DNA from: Alphaproteobacteria bacterium
GTDB taxonomy: Bacteria; Pseudomonadota; Alphaproteobacteria; SP197
Assembly (NCBI GenBank): GCA_965228895.1
Contig: OZ245842.1
Coordinates: forward strand, 1,248,001 to 1,312,000
Length of the DNA: 64,000 nt
Direction: 5' to 3'
Of this stretch, positions 1-11,099 are shown piece by piece. Below the pieces are notes generated by a model. That model was not told where the DNA came from. It did no database searches and saw only the letters and a list, made by a program, of their open reading frames with translations. Numbering within the stretch: the first letter of the stretch is position 1; each line of letters begins with the position of its first letter. The position numbers and the translations under genes are program-made.

Positions 1-45
1 GTCTTGCCAGGCGACGTTCTGACTGTAGAAGAGCGTTTCTTCTGA
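1..45 (+). CDS. wza: 3' end of a polysaccharide export protein (Wza/ExoF-like), partial
   Basis: Frame 1 reads VLPGDVLTVEERFF*, the typical C-terminus of Poly_export/SLBB proteins; directly upstream of wzc. Not in the ORF track. Confidence 0.7.
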   Translation, partial: VLPGDVLTVEERFF

Positions 46-287
46 TCGTATGTGCCTTGGACACGTGTCCGGCAGGTGAACTATAAGCTCTCTTAATCGA
101 CCGCGATTCCGACAGGTCGAGATGAAAGGTTGGGCAGACTGTTGAGCCGAGTGATCGCATCGTTGGCGAAGGGCGGAGTTGTCTGGACTGGTAGTTGCCT
201 GCCAGATCCTGTGGCGCGCCTGTCGTGCACGAGCCGAATCTCATGTCTGTCTCGTGCTGGAATCCCGTGCGAGCGCGCGGTCGATCG

Positions 288-2531
288 ATGACGGTCGGTA
301 TGGACGTAAGGCGCGTACGCGACGGCGATTGGCCGGCTTCCGATGGCGAGTTGGAGGGCGAGAACTCCGCGGATTTGCGCGCTTGGTGGGGCGCGCTTCG
401 TCGGCACAAGTTCACGATCGCCGTGGTCATCCTAATCGGCACGATTGGTGCCTACTTCGTTGTCGACGGGATCACCCCACAATACTCGGCCATGGCCGAG
501 GTGCTGATAGAAGGTCAGGGCAGCCGCGTCGTCGAGTTTGACTCCGTCGTGGAAGGTCCATCGCTGGAACAGCCCGCCATCGGCTCTCAGGTGGAGATCC
601 TTCAGTCGCGATCGCTGGCGGCCAGAGTCATCGACGAGCTTTCGTTGATGGACGACCCGGAATTCAATCCGACACTCGTCGAACCCGAGCTATCCCTGCT
701 TGACTATTTGAACCCGGAGAACTGGCTGCCCGATCCAATTCTGGAGCGCTTGGGCTTGGCGCCCGAACCGGTGACCATCGTCGAAACGCCGGAGCAGAAA
801 GAGGCGCGCATTCGCAGGATGGTGATTAACCAATACCTTGGCGGCCTGGAGGTTGAGGCGGTCAGTTTCACCTATGTCATTGCCGTCACGTTTACGTCCG
901 AAGACCCAGCAAAAGCGGCGCTGATCGCCAACACAACGGCGGAACTCTATATTCTCGATCAGCTCGAGGCGAAGTTTGAAGCGACGGCCCAAGCCAATGA
1001 TTGGTTGAGCGAACGCCTGGAGTCACTCCGTAATGAGGTCATCGCCGCCGATGATGCCTTGACCGCCTATCAGATGGAACATGGCCTAGGCGGCTCGGAA
1101 CGGCAGAGCCTGATCGAACAGCAACTGACGGATGCCAACAGTCAGCTGATGGAAGCCCGCGCCGACCGCGTCGCGGCCCAGGCTCAACTCCAGCAAATGC
1201 GCCAGCTCGTCGAGCGCTCTGGTCCGGCGTCCGTCGGTGCCGTTCTGGAGAGTGGCTTGATTCAGAGCTTGCGCGCGCGCGAGGCGGAGGCCCGCCGTGA
1301 ATTGGCGGAGTTGTCCACGCGATATGGCGATCTACATCCCGAGATCATCAACACCAAGGCCGAGATTGAAGATCTGACCAGGACAATCGACGAGGAGGTC
1401 TCAAAGATCCTCCAGAACCTGGCGAACGAGGTCGAGATTGCCGCGGCGCGTGAGGCCAGTGTTCGTCAGTCGGTCAGCGAGCTTCAGGACCAGTTCAACA
1501 CCGAGCAGTCGGCGGACGTCGGCAGGCTGGAGCTGGAACGCCAGGCCGAAGCAATGCGGCTGCTCTACGACACCATGCTGGCACGCTTCAAGGAAGTTGC
1601 CGAGCAGGAAGAGATCCAAGAGCCGGATGCCAGGGTGATTTCAGCGGCCGTTCCGCCGGGTAGGCCGTCCTGGCCCAAGAAGAAGCTCTTGTTGGCAGGC
1701 GCGTTTGTATTTTCAGCCATGATCGCTGTCGGCATCGTGGTTCTCATCGAGTTGCTGAACACCGGGTTCCGCACCATCGAGGATGTCGAGCGGATCCTCG
1801 GCCAAAGAGGGCTCAGCGAAGTGCCAACGATGTCCGGTGTCTTCAGGGCCGAACCGGAAAATTCGGTCTTGAAGAACCAGATATCTGGCTTTGCCGAAGC
1901 TGTGCGCAGCCTGTCGACGTCTTTGATTTTGTCCAACGTGGATAATCCGCCGAAGCTGATCGCTGTAGCCTCAACGCTGCCCGGGGAGGGCAAGACCTCC
2001 GTTGCCGTCGCTCTGGCGCGTCTCATGTCGATGGGCAAGCGCAACGTTCTTCTGATCGATGGCGACTTGCGCAAGCCGCGGGTTCACAGGGCCGTTGGGC
2101 TGTCGCGTTCGCCTGGACTTTCAGACGCCATAGCCCATGACGTGCCGTTGCTCGAAGCGGTGAGGCCGGAAAGTGCATCGGGTCTGCATATCCTGCGCGC
2201 CGGTTCAGAAGTGCCGAACCCTCAGGACCTTCTGCAGTCGAAGAAAGCCAAGGCCATCTTCGAGCAGATGCGCAAGGCTTATGACATTGTGATCATCGAT
2301 ACGCCAGCGATCATGCCGGTTTCCGACGGCCAATTGCTGACCAACATGGCTGACAAGACGATCTTCCTGGTGCGCTGGGAAAGCACGCCGCGCAAGGTCG
2401 CAAAGCGCGGCCTGCAGAAGATCCTGGCGTCCGGCGCAGACCTTGCCGGCATCGTCCTGACACGTGTTAACCGGAAGAAACAGGCCGGTTACGGCGCAAA
2501 GGCTGAGGCCTACTATTACGGCCGGTACTGA
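288..2531 (+). CDS. wzc: Polysaccharide co-polymerase / tyrosine autokinase (Wzc/ExoP/GumC)
   Basis: Two TM segments flanking a coiled-coil periplasmic region, YGDLHP motif, Walker A PGEGKT, LLIDGDLRKP, IIDTP, C-terminal Tyr cluster AYYYGRY. Start uncertain (288 or 300). Confidence 0.93.
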   Translation: MTVGMDVRRVRDGDWPASDGELEGENSADLRAWWGALRRHKFTIAVVILIGTIGAYFVVDGITPQYSAMAEVLIEGQGSRVVEFDSVVEGPSLEQPAIGSQVEILQSRSLAARVIDELSLMDDPEFNPTLVEPELSLLDYLNPENWLPDPILERLGLAPEPVTIVETPEQKEARIRRMVINQYLGGLEVEAVSFTYVIAVTFTSEDPAKAALIANTTAELYILDQLEAKFEATAQANDWLSERLESLRNEVIAADDALTAYQMEHGLGGSERQSLIEQQLTDANSQLMEARADRVAAQAQLQQMRQLVERSGPASVGAVLESGLIQSLRAREAEARRELAELSTRYGDLHPEIINTKAEIEDLTRTIDEEVSKILQNLANEVEIAAAREASVRQSVSELQDQFNTEQSADVGRLELERQAEAMRLLYDTMLARFKEVAEQEEIQEPDARVISAAVPPGRPSWPKKKLLLAGAFVFSAMIAVGIVVLIELLNTGFRTIEDVERILGQRGLSEVPTMSGVFRAEPENSVLKNQISGFAEAVRSLSTSLILSNVDNPPKLIAVASTLPGEGKTSVAVALARLMSMGKRNVLLIDGDLRKPRVHRAVGLSRSPGLSDAIAHDVPLLEAVRPESASGLHILRAGSEVPNPQDLLQSKKAKAIFEQMRKAYDIVIIDTPAIMPVSDGQLLTNMADKTIFLVRWESTPRKVAKRGLQKILASGADLAGIVLTRVNRKKQAGYGAKAEAYYYGRY

Positions 2532-2572
2532 TCGCTTCAGGTCGTGCGAACGCGTGCTGTGCCGGCGTGCAC

Positions 2573-3736
2573 CTATGCGCCGCGCCGTTTCAGGATTTCC
2601 TTATAGATAGCGGCAACCTCAGTCGTCATAACGTTTGCGTCCCAACGCGACGTATCCGTCTCGCGTGCACCAGAGGCCAGGCGTGCGAGCTCATTCGGGT
2701 CGTCCCTTAGCTCGCGTATCACCGCGACAAGGCCGGCCATGTCGTGGGCAGGCGTCACGACGCCGTTGACGCCGTCGTTGACGATTTCGCCGATGCCCGG
2801 CAGATCAGCCACGACAACGGGCTTTCCCGAGGCCAGGTACTGGATCACGGCTCGTGGCAGACCTTCACGTTCGGATACGTAGATACACAGATCGCTGATG
2901 GCGATGAGATCTTCCGGCACCGTCGTGTGATCGAGGATGCTCAGGTTTTCGGACAGGCCGAGAGCATCGACTTGAGAGCGCACCCTCTCCTTGGTCCGGC
3001 CCTCACCGGCGAACATGACATGACAGCCGTCCAGACCGCCGGCCATCTCGGCAAGTGCCGCGACCAATGGTTCATGTCGCTTACGTTCTTCGAAGGACGA
3101 GAGATAGAGGACTTTGAGTTTGTCTGAATGGGCGCCTGCAATCCGGCGCGCATCCTCGGATTGGAGGTCGCCCGTATAATCTCTGAACCGCCCTATCTCC
3201 ATACCGGATGGAATGACGTGGGCAGGACAGGATCGGCCGATGTTGAGGTGTGCATACTCCGATCTCGCGCCTTCGCTCACAAAGATCATCGCGTCGCAGT
3301 AGCGGGCGGCAAACTTCTCCACGAGGACGTAGATCAGCTTTTTCAGCGGCGACACGTTTGTGAAAGGGATGATGTGTACCGTATGGACGACGGCCTTGGC
3401 GCCGGCACGACGGCCGGCGATGCGCCCAACGATGCCGGCCTTCGACTGGTGGGTATGCACGATGTCGGGCGCGAACGTCTTGAACACCGCGGTGAGTTCA
3501 CGCAGGGCGCGCAGATCGGCCAGTGGCGAAATTGGGTGAATCAAGGACGGGACGGCGATCAAGTCGACATCAGGCTCCGGTGCTGACAGGTAGCTGTCGA
3601 CGATATCGCGGCCGTGTGCGATGGCCACGGTACTGCCTGCTTTTGCTTGGGCCCTGCAGCACAGCATGGTGTTTTCTTCTGTGCCGCCGCGCAGCATGCG
3701 CGTGATCACGTGAACGATCCGTGGGCTGGCGGTCAC
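2573..3736 (-). CDS. Glycosyltransferase family 4 (GT-B)
   Basis: VHVITRMLRGG, PDIVHTHQSKAG, EGLPRAVIQYLASGKPVV; GTG start overlaps the epimerase stop (GTGA). Confidence 0.9.
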   Translation of the reverse strand: MTASPRIVHVITRMLRGGTEENTMLCCRAQAKAGSTVAIAHGRDIVDSYLSAPEPDVDLIAVPSLIHPISPLADLRALRELTAVFKTFAPDIVHTHQSKAGIVGRIAGRRAGAKAVVHTVHIIPFTNVSPLKKLIYVLVEKFAARYCDAMIFVSEGARSEYAHLNIGRSCPAHVIPSGMEIGRFRDYTGDLQSEDARRIAGAHSDKLKVLYLSSFEERKRHEPLVAALAEMAGGLDGCHVMFAGEGRTKERVRSQVDALGLSENLSILDHTTVPEDLIAISDLCIYVSEREGLPRAVIQYLASGKPVVVADLPGIGEIVNDGVNGVVTPAHDMAGLVAVIRELRDDPNELARLASGARETDTSRWDANVMTTEVAAIYKEILKRRGA

Positions 3737-4710
3737 AGGAAGCGCCCCTTGGGGTCTTCTTCCATCCACCGTTTCAGCGACGATTGGAGATCGGTTTCGA
3801 AGCGATAGTTCAACTGCTGGAGAGCCTTAGGGACAATATTTGTGGATTGTTGCAGCTTGGCGATACGTTGCGAGTTGATCGGCGCGGGAAGACCAACCGC
3901 CGACAGAAGGTCTCCAGCCGCGCCGAGGCAGGTTGCGGCAAAGCCGGGCAGCGTCCCGCGAGGCGGGCCCAAGCCCGCTACCGTATGAAAGGCCGTGCAG
4001 ATATCCTCGATCGTGTAGCGCTCGGGATAGCAGAAATTGAAGGTCAGGTCGTCGTTGGCCTTGTCGGGCAGTGCCGTCATCGCACGTATCAGTTCGTCGA
4101 CGTAACCGCACGACTTGATGGTGTCGCGTCGGCCGGGATAGACGAAAAGGCCTGTCGATAGGGCTTTTGCAAGTCTGGTGAAGTTGCCGCCCTCGCCGGG
4201 ACCGAAAATTACCGCGGGACGGATGACGACAAGTTGGCAGTGATCATGCCGATCGGCTGATGTTCGATGGATTGCTTCCGCCATAAGTTTTGATTTGCCG
4301 TAAGCCGACGTCGGCGTCGGTTCTACTGTTTCGTCAACCGGATCTTCAGTCGGCCCGTAGACAGCGATAGAGCTGGTGAAAACGATACGCGACGCGCCGA
4401 CATCTTCGGCAAACCGGGCAATGTTGATGGCACCCCAAACGTTCGTGTTGAAGTAGTCGGCATCCGGGTGACCGGGTGTGCGGTGCACTGCCGCTAGATT
4501 GTAGACATGGGCCGGAGAGGAAGCGGGTAGTTCGGTATGGCTGATTGGCAGTCGGACATCGCAATCGACGTAGTCGACGCCGGCCAGCGCCTGCTTAGGG
4601 GCGGCAATGTCGAGACTGACGACATGCTGATAACCACCGTTTTCGACGAGGGATTTTGCAAGCCTGGTGCCGATAAAGCCGGCACCACCGAAGATGTAGG
4701 CTGTTGTCAT
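3733..4710 (-). CDS. NAD-dependent epimerase/dehydratase
   Basis: GGAGFIG, FTSS, YGKSK (YxxxK), IRPAVIFGPG. Confidence 0.92.
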   Translation of the reverse strand: MTTAYIFGGAGFIGTRLAKSLVENGGYQHVVSLDIAAPKQALAGVDYVDCDVRLPISHTELPASSPAHVYNLAAVHRTPGHPDADYFNTNVWGAINIARFAEDVGASRIVFTSSIAVYGPTEDPVDETVEPTPTSAYGKSKLMAEAIHRTSADRHDHCQLVVIRPAVIFGPGEGGNFTRLAKALSTGLFVYPGRRDTIKSCGYVDELIRAMTALPDKANDDLTFNFCYPERYTIEDICTAFHTVAGLGPPRGTLPGFAATCLGAAGDLLSAVGLPAPINSQRIAKLQQSTNIVPKALQQLNYRFETDLQSSLKRWMEEDPKGRFL

Positions 4711-4770
4711 GGGACTGACAGGTTTCCGGGTGGAGTCGACACCTGACGGCGGCGTTCGTGTGTTTGTTTC

Positions 4771-5886
4771 TTAGGCAGCAAAGATTTCCCTCCCGGCTTG
4801 CTGGATACTCGCGGCCGAATACTCAGACCGCATGTCTTGTGCCGCCCGTTGTCCAAGCAGGTGACGAAGGTTCTCATCGGCTGCAAGTTCGCTCATCAGG
4901 TCGGCGAGTTCGCTCGGAGCCGGCGAACCGGCTTTGAGCATGTTCTCTCTGTCGATACCGTATTCGCGAATGCCCCCAACATCCGTGGAGATCACCGGAA
5001 GGCCGACCGACATGGCTTCGGCGACCACGATGCAGAACCCCTCGCTATCGCTGGCGTTAACATACATGTCGTAATCGGGTCCCGCCGTGAACCAGGCGGC
5101 CTCGTAGCCCTTCAATACGACACGTCCGTCCAAATCGAGGGTTTCAACCAGCCTGGCCAACGCGTCTCGTTCGATGCCGTCGCCAAAGATGCTGAGCCGG
5201 GCATCGATACCTCGATCACGGAGCAGTGCGACAGCCCGAATAATCTTGTCGAAATTCTTGACCGGCGACAGACGCCCGGCGGCACAGATGGATAGGCTGT
5301 CGCCCAGACCATAGTCGTCTTTTTCCGGTGTATCGTCGGCAACGCGAAACAGCGGAACCACATGCTTTCTGCGACCTGGCCGTGGCACAAAGTACTTTGA
5401 CGTTTCGTCCAAGGTCTGCTGGCAATCGGCCCAGACTTCGCCGACGCGGATGGAAAGCGGCCACAACAAAAAACGATAGGCCCACTGCAGGCGTCGAGCC
5501 TGATAGGTGACGATGTGCTCAAAGGCAATGCACCGGATGCCCGGAAACGCCATGAGGACAGCGCGCCCGATGATGTTGGCCTGCTTGAGCGAGAGGACGA
5601 CCGCGTCCGGACGACGACGCCGAATCTCACCAATCAAGGTGCCAATTCCCTTGATCATACTGTTCAACGACAACGTCGGCGATGGATCACTGATCCGGAA
5701 GTGGTCGGCGCCAACCGTATCTCGTAGATCGTCGGCCAGCGAGGCTCGGCCCCGACATAGCCCCAAGATGGCGAGCTCGTTTCCACCAAAAAAGTCGTTC
5801 TGTAAGAGCGTCAGAAGACCATGTTCCGCGCCGCCGGCGTTGAAGCCGTTAATGACATAAAGCACGCGCATTTTTTGTTTCCCCAC
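4771..5886 (-). CDS. Glycosyltransferase family 4
   Basis: GGAEH, GRLSPVKN, EGFCIVVAEAMSVGLPVISTDVGG. Start may be the ATG at 5871. Confidence 0.9.
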   Translation of the reverse strand: MGKQKMRVLYVINGFNAGGAEHGLLTLLQNDFFGGNELAILGLCRGRASLADDLRDTVGADHFRISDPSPTLSLNSMIKGIGTLIGEIRRRRPDAVVLSLKQANIIGRAVLMAFPGIRCIAFEHIVTYQARRLQWAYRFLLWPLSIRVGEVWADCQQTLDETSKYFVPRPGRRKHVVPLFRVADDTPEKDDYGLGDSLSICAAGRLSPVKNFDKIIRAVALLRDRGIDARLSIFGDGIERDALARLVETLDLDGRVVLKGYEAAWFTAGPDYDMYVNASDSEGFCIVVAEAMSVGLPVISTDVGGIREYGIDRENMLKAGSPAPSELADLMSELAADENLRHLLGQRAAQDMRSEYSAASIQQAGREIFAA

Positions 5887-6036
5887 AGAACAGGTGCAGA
5901 TCCCGATGCGGCCATGCCAACACCCCCTTGTCGTGAGGCCCAGAAGCTGGATTTCAACGTCGTCAAGGTGGGGTGATGGTATAGCCCGCTAGCCGTTCGT
6001 ACCTGTTCGTTTCTTAACTGCGAAATCCACCGTACT

Positions 6037-7017
6037 CTACGATGGCGTGTCTGTTTGGCCGCCCCCCCTTATTGACCGAATCAGTCGATGGGTGCGGATG
6101 GCGACTATCCGGGGCACAATGGCCAAACCGACATAGGCGTAGGCGCGGATCTGTCGGGGATCGTACCGCAAGGAGCGCACCAGGAACTTCGCCGCGGCAA
6201 GCCTATCGCCGATCTGAATCATGCCCCATCCAACCTTCGCGGCACGCAGGGCCAGACGTTTGCGCGCCAGTGGCTTCAGTGACGGGTTCCGCTCAGCAAA
6301 CTCGTCGGTCAGACGAATGTTGTAGGGCCACAAGCGATCTTGCTGACTGGACAACGATCCGGCGTGACGTCGCTTTTTCACCAGCGCTTGCGGGATATGA
6401 TGAAAATTGAACTTCTCCGCGACACGAAGACAGAACTCAGTATCTTCATTCATGGGCAACGACTCGTTAAATCCGCCGAGCTCATCGAAGACTGCCTTGC
6501 GGACGATCATGGTAGACGGCATGACCGGGGCGTCGCGAAGGTAGTACTCGGCCAGCAGGTTGCTGTCGTCGGCTCGGTAGCTCAAGGCGTGCGCGCGGTC
6601 TAGGTCGTTCGGCTTGCCGCCGTCGAACTCGTAGAAGTCCGAATAGACGAGACCGACAGCCGGATGGGAGTCGAATGACGGCAGCTGGCGTTCCAGCTTC
6701 TCCTCTTGCCATAAATCATCGCCGTCCAGAAAGGCGACATAGGTGCCACAGACACGGGCCAGCGCTCTATTTCGCGCCGATGAAACACCGCCGTTCTGTG
6801 ATCGGATCAGCGAGAGTTTGGGCTCAGTGGCTACCAATGCGTCGACTAAGTCGGCCGAGTCGTCGGTCGATCCGTCATCCACAACGATGATCTCAACGAT
6901 GCGGTCGAAGGCCGTCTGAGCAAGGACGCTTTTCAAGGCGTCGAGGATCTTATCGCCTTCGTTGTAGCAGGTAAGGATGACACTGGTATCGGCCGGGACC
7001 ATGGTGCGCGCTTCCAT
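6037..7017 (-). CDS. Glycosyltransferase family 2
   Basis: SVILTCYN, VVDDGSTD, AFLDGDDLW, ED motif. Confidence 0.92.
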   Translation of the reverse strand: MEARTMVPADTSVILTCYNEGDKILDALKSVLAQTAFDRIVEIIVVDDGSTDDSADLVDALVATEPKLSLIRSQNGGVSSARNRALARVCGTYVAFLDGDDLWQEEKLERQLPSFDSHPAVGLVYSDFYEFDGGKPNDLDRAHALSYRADDSNLLAEYYLRDAPVMPSTMIVRKAVFDELGGFNESLPMNEDTEFCLRVAEKFNFHHIPQALVKKRRHAGSLSSQQDRLWPYNIRLTDEFAERNPSLKPLARKRLALRAAKVGWGMIQIGDRLAAAKFLVRSLRYDPRQIRAYAYVGLAIVPRIVAIRTHRLIRSIRGGGQTDTPS

Positions 7018-7019
7018 TG

Positions 7020-8249
7020 TTAGGCCCGGCTTAGTGCCAGAGACTCGGGGCGGTGGACATGGCTACGTTGCCGCATCAACGACACACGTGAAATGTCTGG
7101 CCACAGGGAGACGAGGCCCAAGTAAAGGAAGGCCTCGGTCCCAGAGGCTTCCAAACCGCAAATCACGAGACCTGTGACGTAAAAAATGATGAACGAGAAC
7201 AGATAAGTTTTCCGCGCTGGCGCATTCATCAGGCGGTTGATCTTCATCAGGCGCAGAAATCGTAGGGTTCGGAAGACCGCGGCGCCCCAGATAAAGAGGT
7301 AGGCGAACAGGCCAACCAGGCCGTTCTCGACCAGAATTCTGAAGAATTCTCCATGGATCGATGTGCGCAGGAAGTCCGGGTAGAAAGAAAAGAACCTATT
7401 GATCAGGTTCTGGTAGTTGTTGGTGCCGACGCCGAACAACGGATGTTGTGAAAACATCTCCATGCCTACCTTGAAGGCGAATATTCGCTGTTCGTTGCTG
7501 TACGATATGGGCGCGCCGGCGGGCGTATAGCCGGTTTCGAACGCAAAGCTGTTCAGCTGTCTTAGCACGTAGTCGTCGACGAAAAAGATCATCGCCACCG
7601 CAACGCACATGACGGGAACGAGAAATGCGACAACCGCTTTTCTCGAGCGCATCCCAATCATGATCATCAGGAAAGACAGGGCATAGAGAACGAGCGCCTT
7701 GCGCTCGCCCGACAACAGGATGACACCGCCCAACAGACCGAACAGCGCCAACTGCAGAAAGTTCGGTCGAAAGTTGCGCATGGCTATCCAGATCATCGTC
7801 AACAACGTGGCGATAGCGAACGCATGCTTGAGTTCGTCAAGACGCTTCCAGCCCGACCAGTAGCCCTCATTGATGTGCCAGCCGACGTTGAACGCCAAAA
7901 AACCCCAGGTTGCCCAGAACAGGACCCACCACTTGGTACCTCTGGGTGCCGGGTCATCCGCGTTGCTCAGAGACAGAAGAAAAGCCAGCACGACACAGGC
8001 CTGAAGCCCCTCTCGGATGCCGTTCGACTGACCCACCATCATGGCCGAGAAGACATGGACAAAAACGAACGGAAGCAAAAGCAGGAAACCCGTCGGTATG
8101 CGAAGCTTCGCGCGTGCAAGGACCCTAAAAACGAGCAAGGCCGTCATCAAGGCGGCGACGAAGTCAAACGGCCGAACGAAGACACCGGCAACGCGCTCTT
8201 CGATGCCGCTGAACAGACTGAGCACGGCAACGATAGCCAGCCAGGTCAT
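7020..8249 (-). CDS. O-antigen ligase / Wzy polymerase family membrane protein
   Basis: About 10 hydrophobic segments; HPLFGVG and HGEFFRILVENGLVG Wzy_C-type motifs; EPS context. Confidence 0.82.
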   Translation of the reverse strand: MTWLAIVAVLSLFSGIEERVAGVFVRPFDFVAALMTALLVFRVLARAKLRIPTGFLLLLPFVFVHVFSAMMVGQSNGIREGLQACVVLAFLLSLSNADDPAPRGTKWWVLFWATWGFLAFNVGWHINEGYWSGWKRLDELKHAFAIATLLTMIWIAMRNFRPNFLQLALFGLLGGVILLSGERKALVLYALSFLMIMIGMRSRKAVVAFLVPVMCVAVAMIFFVDDYVLRQLNSFAFETGYTPAGAPISYSNEQRIFAFKVGMEMFSQHPLFGVGTNNYQNLINRFFSFYPDFLRTSIHGEFFRILVENGLVGLFAYLFIWGAAVFRTLRFLRLMKINRLMNAPARKTYLFSFIIFYVTGLVICGLEASGTEAFLYLGLVSLWPDISRVSLMRQRSHVHRPESLALSRA

Positions 8250-8445
8250 CGCAGCACCCGTGTGTGCAGACCCCGTCGAGCGATGACCGAACGGCTGGCT
8301 TTACTGTTGTCCATAGCCTGACTTTACCATTAAAAGCACCGATCTAGCAGAGGTCCTTTTCAATTGACCCTGTGGTCCCGGCAGGTAGTTTGGCTGCTTG
8401 TCGGGATTGCGCATCTGTCTACTCTGACGTCAGGCATGGGCACGC

Positions 8446-9468
8446 ATGGTTGAGTTTTCCGTTGTCATTCCGGTCTACAACAAAGAGCCCCATGTCGCCC
8501 GGGCGATAAACTCGGTCCTCGCCCAGACGCATCCCGCCAGGGAAATCCTGGTCATCGATGATGCATCAACCGATCGTTCAATCGATATCATCAAAGACAT
8601 CGCCGGCGACAAGGTGAGGATGTTGAGACGCGACACGCCCGGACCCGGCGGCTATGCAGCACGTAATCTGGGCATCAATGAGGCGACGTCAGAGTGGGTG
8701 GCGTTTCTGGACGCCGACGACGCATGGAAGCCCGATCATTTGGCTACGTTCGACACCGAACTGGGTCGCGCCACTGACACGGTTGGCTGCGTCTTTAGCG
8801 GCAACCTGGTGAGCTCGGGCAGTGACGAGGAAGCAACGGAAAGCAGCTACACCCGAATGTCGGTGCGCGAAACCATGCAGCTCGACTTCGATGGTTTTCT
8901 GAGACTGTGGCTCGCCTTTGAGGATAGCCCGATCCATACATCGGGGACCGCAATCAAGCGAAGCGTGTTGCTGGAGGTCGAAGGGTTCCCGGCAGGTCGC
9001 TGCGAACGTGGTGGCGACAAGGATCTGTGGCTTCGGGTTTGTGCGGCGACCGAGGCGGTTGCCGTTGCAAAAGTGACATCGATCTATTATCGCGACGCCA
9101 TCAACATGGTGACGCGGCAGGTCAGCCAGAACCGAGCGCACTGCATGTGCTATTCCCTGGAATTGCTGCAGGCAGCAAGCAGCGCAGACCGGCAAAAACT
9201 GCTGCAGCAGCTGTATAATTTTGAGGTCTTTCGCTACGCCGTTTTGTCATGGCGAAAAGGCAATCTGGATCGTTCGCAGTTTCGGCAGTACTACGTCCGG
9301 CGCGACCCCCTGGGTTTTTTGATGCTCCAGGGCATGAAGGTCATACCGGAACGCCGCTTCAGGATGTTTCGGCCCTTGCTTCGACGAGTAAGGGGTCTGG
9401 GTAGCCGCAACCGAAATCGTTTAGACCCCAATCAGAGGACCCCTGGTCAGGAACGCAAGACGACCTAG
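8446..9468 (+). CDS. Glycosyltransferase family 2
   Basis: FSVVIPVYN, VIDDASTD, ARNLGI, AFLDADDAW. Confidence 0.92.
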   Translation: MVEFSVVIPVYNKEPHVARAINSVLAQTHPAREILVIDDASTDRSIDIIKDIAGDKVRMLRRDTPGPGGYAARNLGINEATSEWVAFLDADDAWKPDHLATFDTELGRATDTVGCVFSGNLVSSGSDEEATESSYTRMSVRETMQLDFDGFLRLWLAFEDSPIHTSGTAIKRSVLLEVEGFPAGRCERGGDKDLWLRVCAATEAVAVAKVTSIYYRDAINMVTRQVSQNRAHCMCYSLELLQAASSADRQKLLQQLYNFEVFRYAVLSWRKGNLDRSQFRQYYVRRDPLGFLMLQGMKVIPERRFRMFRPLLRRVRGLGSRNRNRLDPNQRTPGQERKTT

Positions 9469-9794
9469 TGCACATGCGGCCCTAGAGATCGTGAGCCGAC
9501 ACCGGCATTTGGCGATCGCGGGGCCGCCTCGGTTCAACGTGGCGCGCGCGTGGGCATTGGGGATGGTGCAGCGTAGGGGGAGGCGGTGCGCGGCGACGCA
9601 TGTCAACGCAGAATCGACACGGTATCGGCCCTCGGCTACACATTGCCGTGTTGAAATCTGGACAACGTGTGACGCCGGATCGCGCCACGAAGCGGCGAGC
9701 CGTGCGCGAGCCATGTTGATCGGCGGCGTCACGCGGGGAACGCGCAGGCGGTCGTCCACGGACCGCAGCTTCGGCTGCTTCGGAGACGAAGTGA

Positions 9795-10988
9795 TTGATG
9801 ACTGAGATGATTCCCGCGCGAGCCGGGCCACAACTGAACATGATTGTCATGTTGAGCCTGGGCATGCCTCCTGAAATCTACGGCGGCGCCGAACAGCAGT
9901 GCCTGAGACTGTCGCGTTCGCTAAGAGAGCGTGGATGTGACGTCGCCATACTGGCCGCCAGCAGGTCACGTCAGTTTCCGGAAGAAGAAACGATCGAAGG
10001 CGTTCGCGTCGTCCGTTTTCCGAGCCGCCATTCTCCGGATCACGGCGGTCGCCATGTCCTCAGCACGATCAAATGGACAATCGAGGTCTATTCGTGGCTT
10101 CGCAAGCACCGTCACGAAATCGAGGTCGTACACGTCCATCAAGGCAAACTCCATGTGCTGCCCGCGCTGCTTGCACAGGCATGGCTGGGATTACCGTTCG
10201 TGGTGAAGTGCGGAAGTGCGGAGGAACAGTTCGACTACTTGCGCATGACCAAAAAGTCCGGTGGCTACGGAGGGTCGGTGCTTAGGCAGATAACCAAGCG
10301 GTGCAGCGCCCATATCGCGATAAGCGCGAGGATTGCCGAACAGATGCGGCAGATCGGCATCCCAGGGGGCCGTATTCGCAACATCCCCAATGGGATCGAC
10401 ATCGACAAGTTTCCGTTCGAACCGTCCCGCCGCGCCAACGGCAGCAAGACATTCATCTTCTTGGGCCGTCTGGTCGACGAGAAGCAGCCTTTGCTGATGC
10501 TGCGGTGTTTTGCCGAACTCCTTCGTTCTGATGATCGCCATCAGCTGATTGTCGCAGGCGACGGTCCGCTTCTTGAGGCGATGCGGTCGTTGGTGCGTGA
10601 GAACGATCTTGGCGATGGCATTCAGATGGTCGGGCGCCTGGACGATGTCGGTCCGGCGGTCTCCCAGGCCCACTTTTTTCTGCTGCCATCGAAGAACGAG
10701 GGGATGTCCAACGCGCTGCTGGAAACCATGAGCGTCGGCGTGATCCCCATTGCAAGCGCGGTGAGCGGCAGCACCGATATTGTTCGCCATGGCGAGAACG
10801 GTTTCCTGTTCGAGCGGGACGACGAAGCCGCCTTTATCGATTGTTTGCAGTCCGCCGCCTGCATGTCCGATGCTCGTTGGCAGACCATGCGACAAGCCGC
10901 CCGATCGACGGTGGTTGCCGAACATGTGATGGCCGACATTGCAGGAACTTATGTTGACCTTTACCAATCATTGGGCCACGAACGCTGA
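9795..10988 (+). CDS. Glycosyltransferase family 4
   Basis: YGGAE, IPNGID, GRLVDEK, EGMSNALLETM. Start uncertain. Confidence 0.9.
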   Translation: MMTEMIPARAGPQLNMIVMLSLGMPPEIYGGAEQQCLRLSRSLRERGCDVAILAASRSRQFPEEETIEGVRVVRFPSRHSPDHGGRHVLSTIKWTIEVYSWLRKHRHEIEVVHVHQGKLHVLPALLAQAWLGLPFVVKCGSAEEQFDYLRMTKKSGGYGGSVLRQITKRCSAHIAISARIAEQMRQIGIPGGRIRNIPNGIDIDKFPFEPSRRANGSKTFIFLGRLVDEKQPLLMLRCFAELLRSDDRHQLIVAGDGPLLEAMRSLVRENDLGDGIQMVGRLDDVGPAVSQAHFFLLPSKNEGMSNALLETMSVGVIPIASAVSGSTDIVRHGENGFLFERDDEAAFIDCLQSAACMSDARWQTMRQAARSTVVAEHVMADIAGTYVDLYQSLGHER

Positions 10989-11099
10989 GGACGCGGCTGC
11001 GGGCCCATGATAAGGCCCATGGCCAAGCAACGGCCCTATCCTAAAGTACAATTGATTTCGTGCGTTTGCGCTTGCACAAAATAAGAAGGCCGTTCCTAC

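Noticed and set aside
9469-9794. Small ORFs in the gap between two GT genes
   Set aside because: Arg/Ala-rich translations without motifs or RBS; treated as intergenic.
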